Assembly (NCBI GenBank): GCA_951406725.2
Contig: OX597815.1
Coordinates: forward strand, 209,498,001 to 209,562,000
Length of the DNA stretch: 64,000 nucleotides
Origin: Octopus vulgaris
Lineage: Eukaryota
Direction: 5' to 3'
The position numbers and the translations under genes were made by a program. Shown in pieces: positions 14,200-26,987 of the stretch (the stretch's first letter is position 1; each line of letters begins with the position of its first letter). The notes under the pieces were generated by a model. It saw only the letters and a program-made list of their open reading frames with translations. It did no database searches and was not told the DNA's origin.

Positions 14200-14279
14200 G
14201 TAAAGAGCATGAACTCCAGAAAGGGAAATATGGTAGACACTTCGTCATAATTTATAACCAGCATAAAGAGGTGTTATGA
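14200..14279 (+). CDS. Candidate terminal exon (GKEHELQKGKYGRHFVIIYNQHKEVL*)
   Basis: Pyrimidine-rich acceptor ttctgtctgcttag, open frame, AATAAA at ~14340, AT-rich 3' UTR-like region follows. Confidence 0.5.
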
Positions 14280-14623
14280 TATAGACTGGGTCTTGAAATT
14301 TTACAAAGAGGAAGATTTACATTTAAATAGGAGGAAACAAATAAAAAAGTAAAAGAAAATACTAAAGATGATTTACTATTTAACCATCTTGAATATTTTT
14401 TCCATTTCTATATCTTTTGTATTCATTTTTTTTATATATACTTTTTGTATTATATTTTTTTGTTTTTGCATTTATCTTTTTTCTATATTTTTTTGTTCTT
14501 ATTTTTCTATATGTTTTTATTTGTATTTATTTTTTTCTATTTGGTTTTTGTATTTATTTTATTATTCATCTTTATGGAACCATTCGTTTCCTTTGCTAGA
14601 CAGCCCCAGTCTTTATAAGATAG

Positions 14624-14880
14624 CCATCACCATCATCATCATCATCATCATCATCATCACCAGCATCACCATCACCATCATCATCATCACCACCACCACA
14701 TCATCATCACCAGCATCACCACCAATACCACCACCACCATCACCACCACAACCACCATCACCATCATCATCATCATCATCATCACCACCAATACCACCAC
14801 CACCACCATTACCACCACCACCACCACCACCACCACCACCACCATCATCATCAACATTGCTGTCGTCCTCATCCTCCTAC
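14624..14880. repeat. (CAT)n/(CAC)n compound microsatellite
   Basis: Direct reading. Confidence 0.9.
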
Positions 14881-15204
14881 TTTCATATCCTCCTTTTCCT
14901 CTTCATCGTTTTAACGTCCATTTTTCCATGCCCGCATGGGTCAGACGGAAGTTTATTGGCAAAGACTTCTTTTCATGGCCTGATGCACTTACTTGTTTGA
15001 AAGCAAGATAATGTTTCCCCAATGGCCAAAAATGCTTTTTGCAGAATATTGACAACATATGGCATTCATTATTCGTTTACCAGAGTCATGTGACATCGAG
15101 AAAAGGGACACTTACACATTCACACATACATGCATACACACAGACACACGCATACACACACATGCACACACATGCATACACACATGCACACACATACTTT
15201 TACA

Positions 15205-15402
15205 TTTTTAACTCGTTTCAGTCATTTGACTGTGGCCATGCTGGAGCACCGCCTTTAGTCGAGCAAATCGACCCCAGGACTTATTCTTTGGAAGCCTAGT
15301 ACTTATTCTATCGGTCTCTTTTTGCCGAACCACTAAGTTACGGGGATGTAAACACACCACCATCGGTTGTCAAGCGATGTTGGGGGACAAATAGACACAC
15401 AA

Positions 15403-15439
<37 letters not shown>

Positions 15440-15613
15440 AATATATACACATACATACGATGGGCTTCTTTCAGTTTATGTCTACCAAATCCACTCACAA
15501 GGGTTTTGGTTGGCTCAAGTCTATAGTACAAGACACTTGCCCAAGGTGCCACACAGTGGGACTGAACCCGGAACCAAGTGTTTGGTAAGCAAGCTACTTA
15601 CCACACAGCCACT
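15205..15613 (-). mobile_element. SINE family A
   Basis: Matches family body and head. Confidence 0.85.
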
Positions 15614-16057
15614 CAAGGCCTGAAATTTTGGGGGAGGTTGTCAAGCAATGTTGGGGGGACAAACACAGACACACAAACGTATATACACACAAGCGTATAC
15701 ACACACACACACACAAATATATATACTGTTAGTAAATCCAAAATCCCAAAGAGAAGCACACTCATAGTTATAGAGCAGGAGAGTAATTAGACAAAGATAG
15801 TTATGGCCAGTCTATGGGGTTACCCTGGGTTTCATGTCCATAAACCGTTTAGCCTCTCTCTTTTTTCTCCCTCTCTCTCTCCTCTCTCTACCTCTCTCTC
15901 TCTTTTTCTCTTTTCCTCTTTCTCTCTCTTACTCTTTCTGTTCTATTCTATCTTATTATGTCATCAATGCTCTAGTGTCTGAACAGATCTGTAAAGCTAA
16001 GTGCTTTATGGATGTGAAACCTAATATATATATATATATATATTATTTATATAAATA

Positions 16058-17300
16058 TTGTGTCATCCCATAAATAATGCATTTTTCAATTGGATGAACC
16101 AAAAGTTGGAGGGGGCAGGATAAACTACTTGCATCGACTTGCTATAAAAACAGGTAGTAATTTTACTTTGCCCTTATTCTTAGTGCAAGTTTTGAAGAGT
16201 GCTGCTCAATTTTAACAGTCAGTTTTTCAAAGCTATAATAGAAGTGACAAAGGAACATATTTGGCATATTTTATTTTAAGAGTTCAAAGGCAACAATGTA
16301 ACAGAAAGTGTGAGGAATATTAATGCAGTATACGGGGATTAGACAATATATGAAAGCCAGTGTCAATGGTGGTTCAAGAAGTTCTGAGCTGGAAACTACA
16401 GCCTAGAAGATGAGCCTTGTCTTGGAAGATCTGTAGAGCTCAATAAGGATGTCCCATTGTAACTGTTGAGGAAGTAGTAGACAAGCTTGGATTTGATCCT
16501 TCAACCATTCATCGATACCTGTCTGCCATCAGAAAATTTAGCAAATTGAGTCAATGGGTTCCTCACAAATTTTCTGAGTCTAATCATACACAGAGAGTGA
16601 ATGTGTGCTCTTCTTTGCTGCTATGTTTCACAAATGAACCGTTTTTGGACCGAATAGTGACTGGTGATGAGAAATGGGATCTCTATAAAAATGTCAAGCA
16701 CCGAAGACAGTGGGTAGGGAAAAGAACCCCAGGCTAAAGAAGGTCTTCACCCATATAAGGAGTTGTTATCTGTTTGGTGAGATATGAAAGGTTTAGTACA
16801 CTGAACTTTTAAATCCAAGCCAAACAATAACAAAGGAGATCTACTGTGAGCAGCTTGAGCGGCTGAAGTCAGAGCAAGAGGAAAAGCCACAATCTTTGGT
16901 TTCAAGACGAAAGGCATTTTTCCATCAGGATAATGCTCGGCCATTTACAGTGAGGATGACATTCCAAAGGCTGGAGCAGTTTGAATGGGAAACGATGCCT
17001 CACCTACCATATTCGCCAGACACTGCCCCATCTGATTACAGTCTTTATTCTGCAGTCTTGAAAATCATTTGGACAGAACAGATATGAATTCTGTAGACGA
17101 GGTCAGAACAATAATAGAGGATTGTTTTTCATCACGGACAAGTGACTTTTGGAAGATGGGCCTTGCAAGTGTACCAAATAGATGGAAAAGCATTGTAGAA
17201 AATGAAGCAGAGTGTATTTTAGTTTAGGAAAGAACTTTGTTTATCTTAATTTTGAAAATAAAATAAGTATAAAAACCGCATTGTTTTTAGGATGACCCAA
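16058..17300 (+). mobile_element. Full-length degenerate mariner transposon (second family)
   Basis: TIRs TTGTGTCATCCCATAAATAATGC / GCATTGTTTTTAGGATGACCCAA, TA TSDs; WVPHKF, TGDEKW, HQDNA, YSPDTAPSDY with many stops. Confidence 0.92.
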
Positions 17301-17315
17301 TATATATGTGTGTAT

Positions 17316-17524
17316 GCCATGATAGACCGTTAGCTCCTACACTCATTTTTTTCTCTCTTTGTTTCTCTCCTTGTTTCTTTTCTGTATATCTTTCTGTCGA
17401 AGAGCATAGGCTCGAAACGTAAAAGACTTGTTCTATTTCTATTCCAGAGCGCCATACTAATACATTTGTTTGTTTGTACTCCACCTGCCTTCATCTTTTG
17501 TTTATTTTCGTAAACCTTCCCGTT
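17316..17524 (+). mobile_element. Short PLE-type terminal repeat between TA/TG tracts with variant hammerhead (17389-17426)
   Basis: Homologous to both arms of 53001-53407; tcttt-CTGTCGA-a-gagc-atag-gctc-GAAAC-GTA-aaaga. Confidence 0.7.
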
Positions 17525-17531
17525 ATATATT

Positions 17532-17641
<110 letters not shown>

Positions 17642-17648
17642 TATATAC

Positions 17649-17679
<31 letters not shown>

Positions 17680-17861
17680 CATATATACATATATATATAC
17701 ATATATATACATACATATATATATGTATATATATATGTATATATATATACACACATATATATATACATATATACATATATATATACATATATATACATAC
17801 ATATATATATGTATATATATATGTATATATATATACACACATATATATATACATATATATC

Positions 17862-17928
<67 letters not shown>

Positions 17929-18580
17929 TATGTATATATATATAATGATGCCCTTTTTTCAGTTACTATCTACCAAATCCACTCACAAAGCATTGGTCAG
18001 ACAAGACTAAGGGAGAAGACGCTTGCACAGTTGGACTGAAAGCAAAACAATACACCCGGGAAGCCAACTTCTTAACCACAAAGCCATGCCTCTACCTGTA
18101 CAGATAGAATGCGTGTCATTAAATAAATCAACGTTTATAATTAAAATAATGTAAATAAATTTTGTAAAAGAGCATTTTTAGCATATTGTGAAGTTATTGT
18201 AGTGAAGGAAGGAAATAACATGAGGCTGTACGGGTAGTTTGTTCCTTGGTAACAGGCCAATGGTAGCTACAACAGCAATAATGATGAGAAAACAACAAGA
18301 ACAACAACAACAACAATATGCTGTGACAAAAATAATTTTAGATTAATTTAAGGGTTTGCAGCTGAAATAAACTGGGAATATGAACCAATTTTATCCATGA
18401 AGGGACAGTTGCAGAATTAGATGGCACTAAGTGTGAAAGAATGAGAATAAAGGGATGTAGGGAACAGCAGGGATAATGGTAAACTGGGGGTGAGAAAGAA
18501 TGTGGTAAATAAGGAGAAAGAGCGTTGGTGATGTAATAAGATAGAACAGAATAGAATAGAAAGTGAAAGACAGAGGGAGA

Positions 18581-18663
<83 letters not shown>

Positions 18664-18838
18664 AGAGAGGGAAAGAAAGAGGTATAAAAATTGAAAGGAG
18701 TAAAATGGCAATGAAAACTTGCAGAACTACAAGAAGGAGCAGATGTAAAACGAGAGATAAAACAGAGATGAAATGGTGGAGTAGTGAGAAGAGCGGGGAA
18801 AGTGAGGAGAGGAAGAAGAGATAAAGAGAGTATTAGAG

Positions 18839-19147
18839 TCAGTTAGCAGATGATGAGCTAACATATAGCTGACATAATTTGATGATACTGCTTTGAGGCA
18901 ATGCCAAAAGCTTAGCAGCAATCAATTTAAGTTTGGTCAGGTCGATTTCTTTTATCAGTTCCTCAATGGATCTGTTTGAATAACACCAAATTAGTGTATT
19001 TTTAAATTTCTTCACAGCTTCAGCTGTTCTGCTTGAATTAATTCCCTGTCCGTCTTTTAAATAATTATAAGCTTGAGAAGTCCATAATATCTTAACAAGT
19101 ATCCATGAAAATTCATAGGATTCTCGCCCAAAGCCGACACAAGCATC
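18839..19147 (-). CDS. Candidate terminal exon, 102 aa helical domain resembling the SMYD4-type C-terminal TPR-like region
   Basis: attcatag acceptor then 103 codons DACVGFGRESYEFSWILVKIL...SSSSAN* in AT-rich DNA; possible 30-nt upstream exon 20501-20530; family call is by-eye similarity only. Confidence 0.6.
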   Translation of the reverse strand, partial: DACVGFGRESYEFSWILVKILWTSQAYNYLKDGQGINSSRTAEAVKKFKNTLIWCYSNRSIEELIKEIDLTKLKLIAAKLLALPQSSIIKLCQLYVSSSSAN

Positions 19148-19401
19148 CTATGAATATTTCAATGAAATTACATCATGATTAGGAAGCAATATCATATGAA
19201 ATTTTATATATTTAATATGATATCATATGGTTTTATATATATATATATACACATATATATGTATATGTATGCATGTATGTATGTATGTATGCATGTATAT
19301 ATATATATATGTATACATATGTGCACATATATGTGTGTATGTATATATATGTATAAATACATAAACATATATCTATATACATACATATATGTATATATGT
19401 A

Positions 19402-19509
<108 letters not shown>

Positions 19510-19768
19510 GTGGAGGCGCGTGGCTTAGTGGTTAGGGTGTCAGCATCGTGATCGTAAGATTGTGGTTTCGATTCCTGGACCAGGCGACGCATTCTGTTCT
19601 TGAGCAAAACACTTCATTTCACGTTGCTCCAGTCCACTCGGCTGGCAAAAATGAGTAACGCTGCGATGGACTGGCATACCATCCAGCTGGGGAACACATA
19701 CGTCACGGAAACTGGGAAACCGGGCCCATGAGCCTAGCTAGGCTTTAAAAAGGGCGCATTTATTTATT
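19510..19768 (+). mobile_element. tRNA-derived SINE family C
   Basis: GTGGCTTAGTGGTTAG A box, GGTTTCGATTCC B box; related sequence at 22941-23450, 42830, 61985. Confidence 0.8.
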
Positions 19769-19875
19769 TTTTCATATGTATGTATGTATATATGCATGTA
19801 TATATATATAGATGTATATATATGTATATATATGTATACATATATGTGTGTGTATATATAGGTATGTATATATGT

Positions 19876-19917
<42 letters not shown>

Positions 19918-20598
19918 ATATACATACATATATGTGTCTATATATATATAGATATATACATATATACATAAATACATACTGACAGACATACATACACATA
20001 CACACATGTACATTCATATGTATACAAATATGTATGTATACACACACACATTTATATATTTATACATAGATTTATTCATCCATATGTACATACATACATA
20101 CACACTTGAATATTCTTGAAAGAATTTCCATCAAGCGGATCAGCACCATGTATATATATTCAAACATATATCTGTTCACTAATTCTCTCTTTATTTTTTT
20201 GTATACACACACACACACATATAAATGTGTATATATGTATGTGTATATTTATATATACAGATACACATATACAAATTCACACATGCACACACTCATACTT
20301 AAACATGCATGTAATGCTAGCAATACATTAATGAATTCTACATATTGAATTCAAATGTAGTTTTTGAATTCGTATGAAAAGGACAAATTGTCATTTATAA
20401 CATTTTGTATATATCAGTAGCTACAAATGATGCCCACTGTTGGAAGATTAGTATTTTTAACACAGTACACCCATAAGACATATTATCTCCAGACAAATAC
20501 CATGGTTATTTTTGCCTTTTCATGATGTATCTGCATAAAGTATGATACACAGATGGCTATTTTAATCTAATACTGCTTCTGATGCACATATTCTGTTG

Positions 20599-20653
<55 letters not shown>

Positions 20654-20847
20654 AACTTTCATCATATCTTTTACATTAAATAATAGATATTTCTATTTCT
20701 AGAAAAAATTACATAAACTATTCTACCCGACAGTATGAAAAGGGAAAGATATGTCATGCAAATGATATAAAATGATATGTGTGTGTGTGTGTGTATGTGC
20801 CGGCGTGAGTGTGTAAGTATGCATGCATGTAAGTGTGTGTACATGTA

Positions 20848-20879
<32 letters not shown>

Positions 20880-20885
20880 GTAAAG

Positions 20886-20959
<74 letters not shown>

Positions 20960-21193
20960 TTATCTTCATCATTTAATGATAAATTTGTACATGTATGTGT
21001 GTGTGTGTTATGCACGCAAACACACACATATTTTGGTTGGTGTGCCTTTGTGAAAGAGGAATCAGCCTATAAATTAGAGAGTATATATATTAGCTTCAGT
21101 TTCTAACAATGTGCATGTGTGTATGTGTGTGTGTGTATGTGAGTGTGTATAACTTTCTCTCTGTAGAAACATATACACGCATGGGTGTGTACA

Positions 21194-21240
<47 letters not shown>

Positions 21241-21268
21241 TTATATAAATATATATATATGTATATAC

Positions 21269-21301
<33 letters not shown>

Positions 21302-21945
21302 CATAAACGTATGTATGTATATACATGCACATAAATATTCATACATATATTTATAAATTTTTGTATTTAGGTGCATATATAGTGCATGGTTTAGAACACA
21401 TCTGTCTGCACTATACACATGCATGTATATACATTTATGCATCTACATACCAAAGCCCATGTGCACATGCCAGTGGAGATAGGCATAACTACAGACAAAT
21501 AAAGAAATAGATATAGAGAGACACATAGGTAGATCGTTGTATATTATTTTATCAGATATGGCGAAATGTGATATTATTTTATAAACTAATGAATAATGTA
21601 TCTTCATGAAGTCATGTAGCTCCAGGGATGGGTTTGTTGTCATGAAATAATCTAGCGGGGAAATTGTAAGCAATATTATATTTTAGATAATTATTGGCCG
21701 CAGGATTTGGAATTCATATAAAGTCAGTAAAAACCTGAAGGTGAGCCAATGCAAATAAAAGAATATTAAATAAGCTTTAATACCATCATATGTTCAGCTG
21801 ATGAAAAAAATAAAGAGTTAGGAAAAATATAGGTTGTGTATATATATATATATATATATATAAAATAGAAATATTATTATTTCTATGTCTCTCAAAGAGA
21901 GATATACAAATAACAGCACCATAAAGTAATGACTTATACACATGT

Positions 21946-21991
<46 letters not shown>

Positions 21992-22070
21992 GTATACATA
22001 CATATGTACATATATTTATATTTATATATATATATACATATATATATGTATACATATATATATATACATA

Positions 22071-22113
<43 letters not shown>

Positions 22114-22445
22114 CCTTTGCATTTGATTTTTTGATGTCTTTACCCCCAAACTTTCGTGAGTTGAGTTGACCAAACACTATATGAGAGAGATTTTCTTTAA
22201 GTATTAGAAATGGTTTTTAAAAAAGTTTTTTAGCTGCTATTTCTAATGAGTTCAGTATGCGGCAAAGTAATTTATTTTACTAAGCCCTTTTATATATTGT
22301 AATAATTTGAATTCGCCTTAAATGGTCCCTTTGCATACTGAACACTTGGTGAAATTAATTAATAATTAATTAATTTTACCCTCAATTGTTGAAATTATAT
22401 ATATATATATATATATATGAACCAATAATACATATATATATGTAT

Positions 22446-22508
<63 letters not shown>

Positions 22509-22595
22509 TGTATATTAATATGAAATATATATAAATCTCAATAATATAAGATATAGACATTATCTTAACGTGTTTTAAATAATACAGATTATATA

Positions 22596-22941
22596 CAAGG
22601 TGCGATGGGTAAATTGTCACCATTTTATATTTTCAATTTCGTGCATGCGCATTGCTTGCTTTTAATTTTATCGACTTCACAGTATAGTAGGATCAGTTGG
22701 GCACCGTCTGTGAGAAAACTGCACTATGACGTAATTCACTCTGCAAGAAATTTGTAAACAACATGCTGTACTGCTTGGTATTCGCACCGGAAACATCAAT
22801 ACGAACATTTCAGAGTGTTTGGGTGTCATTCTGCGGACAGTGCAGAGGATTTGGAAAGAGTTGAATGAGTCCAATGGTGGTTACGAAGGTGCGGTAGCTC
22901 GGAAAACTCGCTCTGATCGTTCTGATAAGAAATGAATTCCT
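22596..22941 (+). mobile_element. 5' end of a Tc1/mariner-superfamily element (HTH region), truncated
   Basis: TA|CAAGGTGCG terminus; frame reads HAVLLGIRTG..NISECLGVILRTVQRIWKEL, a paired-like HTH. Confidence 0.6.
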
Positions 22942-23450
22942 AAGCGAAAACACCTAAAGCTCCACGAGGCTCCTTCGGGGGGCGGGGTGGCGACCCCTGT
23001 TGCACTCTTTCGCTCCAACTTTCTCTCACTCTTTCTTCCTGTTTCTTGAGTAACGCTGCAATGGACTGGCGTCCCGTCCAGCTGGGGTGAACACATACGC
23101 CACAAAAACCGGGAAACCGGGCCCATGATCCTGGCTAGGCTTGAAAAGGGCGCATAAAAATGATATGAAGGAAGTTTGAAGGCTGGTGGCTCAGTGGTTA
23201 GGGTATTCGGCTTATGATCATAAGGTCATGATTTCGTTTCCTGGCAGCGTGTTGTGCCCTTAAGCAAGACACTGTATTTCACGTTGTTCCACTATGCTCA
23301 GCTGACAAAATGTGATGTGCCTATAATTGAAAGGGTCAGCCTTGTCACATTCTGTGTCTCGCTGAACCCCACTCAGAACTACACTGAGTAGGCGTGTCTG
23401 TGGAGTGCTCAGTCACTCGCATGTTGTTTCACGAGCTGGTTGTTCTGTTA
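22942..23450 (+). mobile_element. SINE family C fragments (two)
   Basis: Tail matches 19660-19760; head GTGGCTCAGTGGTTAGG at ~23186. Confidence 0.7.
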
Positions 23451-23817
23451 CGTTCCTGGGAAGTTTGAAGCTGCAAGGTTTACCTCGACCGACACCATGA
23501 GATTCAATCTGTTTGGAAGTTATAACTATTCGTCTCAAGTGGATGCCGGATATGTCCCGTCATCCCTGGACTGATCCGTACTACTGATCCCTTACAAGAT
23601 TTTCCTTTTAACATAAATGACTGTCGGCTTAAAAAGGATTGCATAGATATTTTGTTATTACCACGGTCAGGTATCTTTAACGGCGCCTAATTATGCGAGC
23701 AAGTAGACTTGTTTTTAATGAACAAAATAGCGAGCTCTTTTATAAACATTTGGGTGGGTCAACACGGGACAAAGAGCTCATGGCTTCTAACAGCACAAAT
23801 GAGTGTACAGTGAACTA

Positions 23818-24091
23818 CATGGGCCCGGGAACAGGAGGTGCAGGTGATGAAAGTGCACCCTCTAGAATTTTCGTGGAGTTCAGAACCAAAATTTGCAGCC
23901 CTACTTATTTTCCTTGGGTTTAGAAAACGGTAAATAAAAAGAGATGTGTAAAAAGTAGCTTGAAGTTAGGTTCCTTCTCAAACAACAAAACACAAAAATA
24001 GCCAAAACAAAAAAAAAAAAAAGACCTTGCTTGTAAATATTTTTGGACCTGGGTTTGCAGCCCCTAAGCAAATTTCATTCCAGAGCCAGTG
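23818..24091. mobile_element. Possible hAT-like MITE, diverged
   Basis: CATGGGCCCGGGAA...TTCCAGAGCCAGTG termini with AGTGAAC repeated on both flanks. Confidence 0.35.
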
Positions 24092-24562
24092 AGTGAACAC
24101 CCCTCAACAGTTATAAAATTCGACAAACACATAAATAGACGTAGATATACAGAAAGTACATGAATGCGATTCCAGTAACAGATTTAAAGTAGTAATTTAT
24201 CTTAAGAAAAATCAAAATATTCTGACAGGTAAGTGTATGACAATTACTAGTTAAGGTTGTTTTACCGAAGTTATATTAAAAAATGAAATATTTCCGGAGT
24301 TGTATACTATACTTTTGAGGCAATGCGGCAACGCATTGATTGGCTTATATTCATGCTTTTAATTCTTTTCTTTGTATCACATGTCTCAGCACACTTATAC
24401 TTTTTACTGTTCTTAGCATTAGATCTGTTTTCACCCACTTAACTAGTAGTAAGCTTAGTTTCATCTCTATACACCCCTACCCCATACATATCATAAACAA
24501 CTCTAAGAACTGAATGTTAATACTACTAAGCAGACACATACATATATGCGTACATACATATA

Positions 24563-24626
<64 letters not shown>

Positions 24627-25557
24627 TTTTATTTCATAATTCTTCTACCATTTCCTCTTTTTTCTTTAAATTCCCGACGAATTTCTTTTGTCAAATTATG
24701 AACATACCGAATCCTTTATTATTTATATAATAAGTGTAATTTTTTTTGCGTACTGTACTAGCCTTGAGGTTAGACTGACATTCTTTAGAATTTTAGAAAT
24801 TCAGTCAATAACAACTTATTTTTCTCTGTGTACGGTATATGCTAAAAGTTACTGAATATTTTCTTTCACTTATAACTTTTCTCAATAAAATTAGTTATTT
24901 ATTCCTATAGTCATTCATGTTTCTTTAGTTTCTTCGTCTCTGACATGCATTACGAATAAACTTACTATTCAGTTGGTACGTGAAATGTATTGAATGTTAT
25001 TACCGATGTTGTTCAATCAATAATTGAAATTCTATAAGAATTTCAACGTCTTTATGATTTCCAAATTTATTGTTCTTTTTCAATTAGAAAGATCAGTTCG
25101 TGACATCGCCCACAAACGAAGACAGCAACCATGGTATATTCTAAAGAACAATAAACGCATTAAAAAGAGTGCTAATGAAAACTCAAGAACTTCAAACTAA
25201 AAACAGATCAGATTGGTGACATCCTCGTTTTGAAAGATTATCAAGAAAATCTTTTGTTGTTTTTTTAATATATGAATTTCAAGTTTAAAATACATCATAA
25301 CAATTAATAATTATATTAGTTATATTCAAGAAATCTTGGATGTTTACAAAAACAACCATTACTTGCAATCTGTTTGTTTTCTATTTCATTGAGTAGAAAA
25401 GTCACAAACCGGCTGACCAAATGTTGAGAACTGAAAATCTGGATCCCTTCATTAAAATCTCTTTTAAAATCAAGTAAGATGATTTTAGAAACATCTTTAA
25501 GTTGTTTGTATTTCAAAATGATAATATCTTACTTTCTCTGAAGGAAGAATATTATCA

Positions 25558-25722
25558 GGCGTAGGAGTGGCTGTGTGGTAAGTAGCTTGCTTACCAACCA
25601 TATGGTTCCGGGTTCAGTCCCACTACGTGGCACCTTCGGCAAGTATCTTCTACCATAGCCCCGGGCCGACCAAAGCCTTGTGAGTGGATTTGGTAGACGG
25701 AAACTGAAAGAACCCCTTCGCA

Positions 25723-25786
<64 letters not shown>

Positions 25787-25998
25787 ATTGTGTGTCTGTG
25801 TTTGTCCCCCCAACATCGCTTGATAAACGATGCTGGTGTGTTTACGTCCCCGTAACTTAGCGGCTCGGCAAAAGAGACCGATAGAATAAGTACTGGGCTT
25901 ACAAAGAATAAGTCCTGGGGTCGATTTGCTCGACTAAAGGTGGTGCGCTAGCATGGCCACAGTCAAATGACTGAAACAAGTAAAAGACTAAAAGAGAT
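25558..25998 (+). mobile_element. SINE family A
   Basis: Complete head, body and tail. Confidence 0.88.
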
Positions 25999-26109
25999 GA
26001 AACTGAGAATTTCGTAATTGATAGAAATATAAAAAATATATTACAAATGTAGATTCTTCCTGGAGATATTTTTATTTCTTTGTGGCACCCACTTGGCAGA
26101 TGGCTTTTT

Positions 26110-26558
26110 AACACCGAGTCTTTGTTTTTTTAGCACCGATTCAACAGTTGCAATGAACAGTGATATTATATTGCAGCGAAACATGGACTCTAACAAAGAA
26201 ATCATCAAACGGGCTAAATGAATGTTACACAAGGATGCCATGAATGGTCCTAATGTGAAATGGTAGCAACAGGACAAATGTGGAGAGCTGCTAGAGTTTA
26301 ACGAGAAGATGAAGCAAAGACGGCTGCGATTATCTGGTTATTACATGCTCCACCCTGAACTGGAAGCATCCAAATTAGTTTGGTGGAACCCAGTTCATGG
26401 TGATGTACGAAGAAGGAAACGTTGTTATACACTGACAGCTTGATTGTAGACACTGGCCTAGAATGTATCCAGGACCTAGAAGCAGTGATGATGGACCGAG
26501 AAGTGTGGCGGTGGACTTTGTTGCTGCGGCCCGGCTTGGAACCCGACCATAATAATAA
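26110..26558 (+). mobile_element. RTE-type LINE 3' fragment
   Basis: QRRLRLSG..HPELEASKLVWWNP..LEAVMMDREVWR, (TAA)n tail. Confidence 0.75.
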
Positions 26559-26611
26559 GATTTTTCGTTTTGGAAAAATAAGACAAGACAATTATGCAAT
26601 GGTTGAGACAT

Positions 26612-26987
26612 ATTTATTTCTTTATTGCCCACAAGGGGCTACACACAGAGGGGACAAACAAGGACAGACAAAAGGATTATGTCGATTACATCGAATCCAG
26701 TGCGTAACTGGTACTTATTTAATCGACCTCGAAAGGCATAGTCGATCTCGGCGGAATTTGAACTCGGAACGTAACGGTAGACGAAATACCTATTTCTTTA
26801 CTACCCACAAGGGGCTAAACACAGAGAGGACAAATAAGGACAGACAAACGGATTAAGTCGATTATATCGACTCCAGTGCGTAACTAGTACTTATTTAATC
26901 GGAATTTGAGTTCAGAACGTAACGGCAGACGAAATACCGCTAAGCATTTCGCCCGGAGTGCTAACGATTCTACCAGCTTGCCGCCCT
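26612..26987 (-). mobile_element. Tandem or nested SINE family B copies
   Basis: Two family tails and one head; inner junction AAAGAAATA|GGTATTTCG. Confidence 0.82.

Noticed and set aside
14368-15000. 210-aa hydrophobic and proline-rich ORF
   Set aside because: T-rich low complexity plus (CAT)/(CAC)n, in a probable 3' UTR
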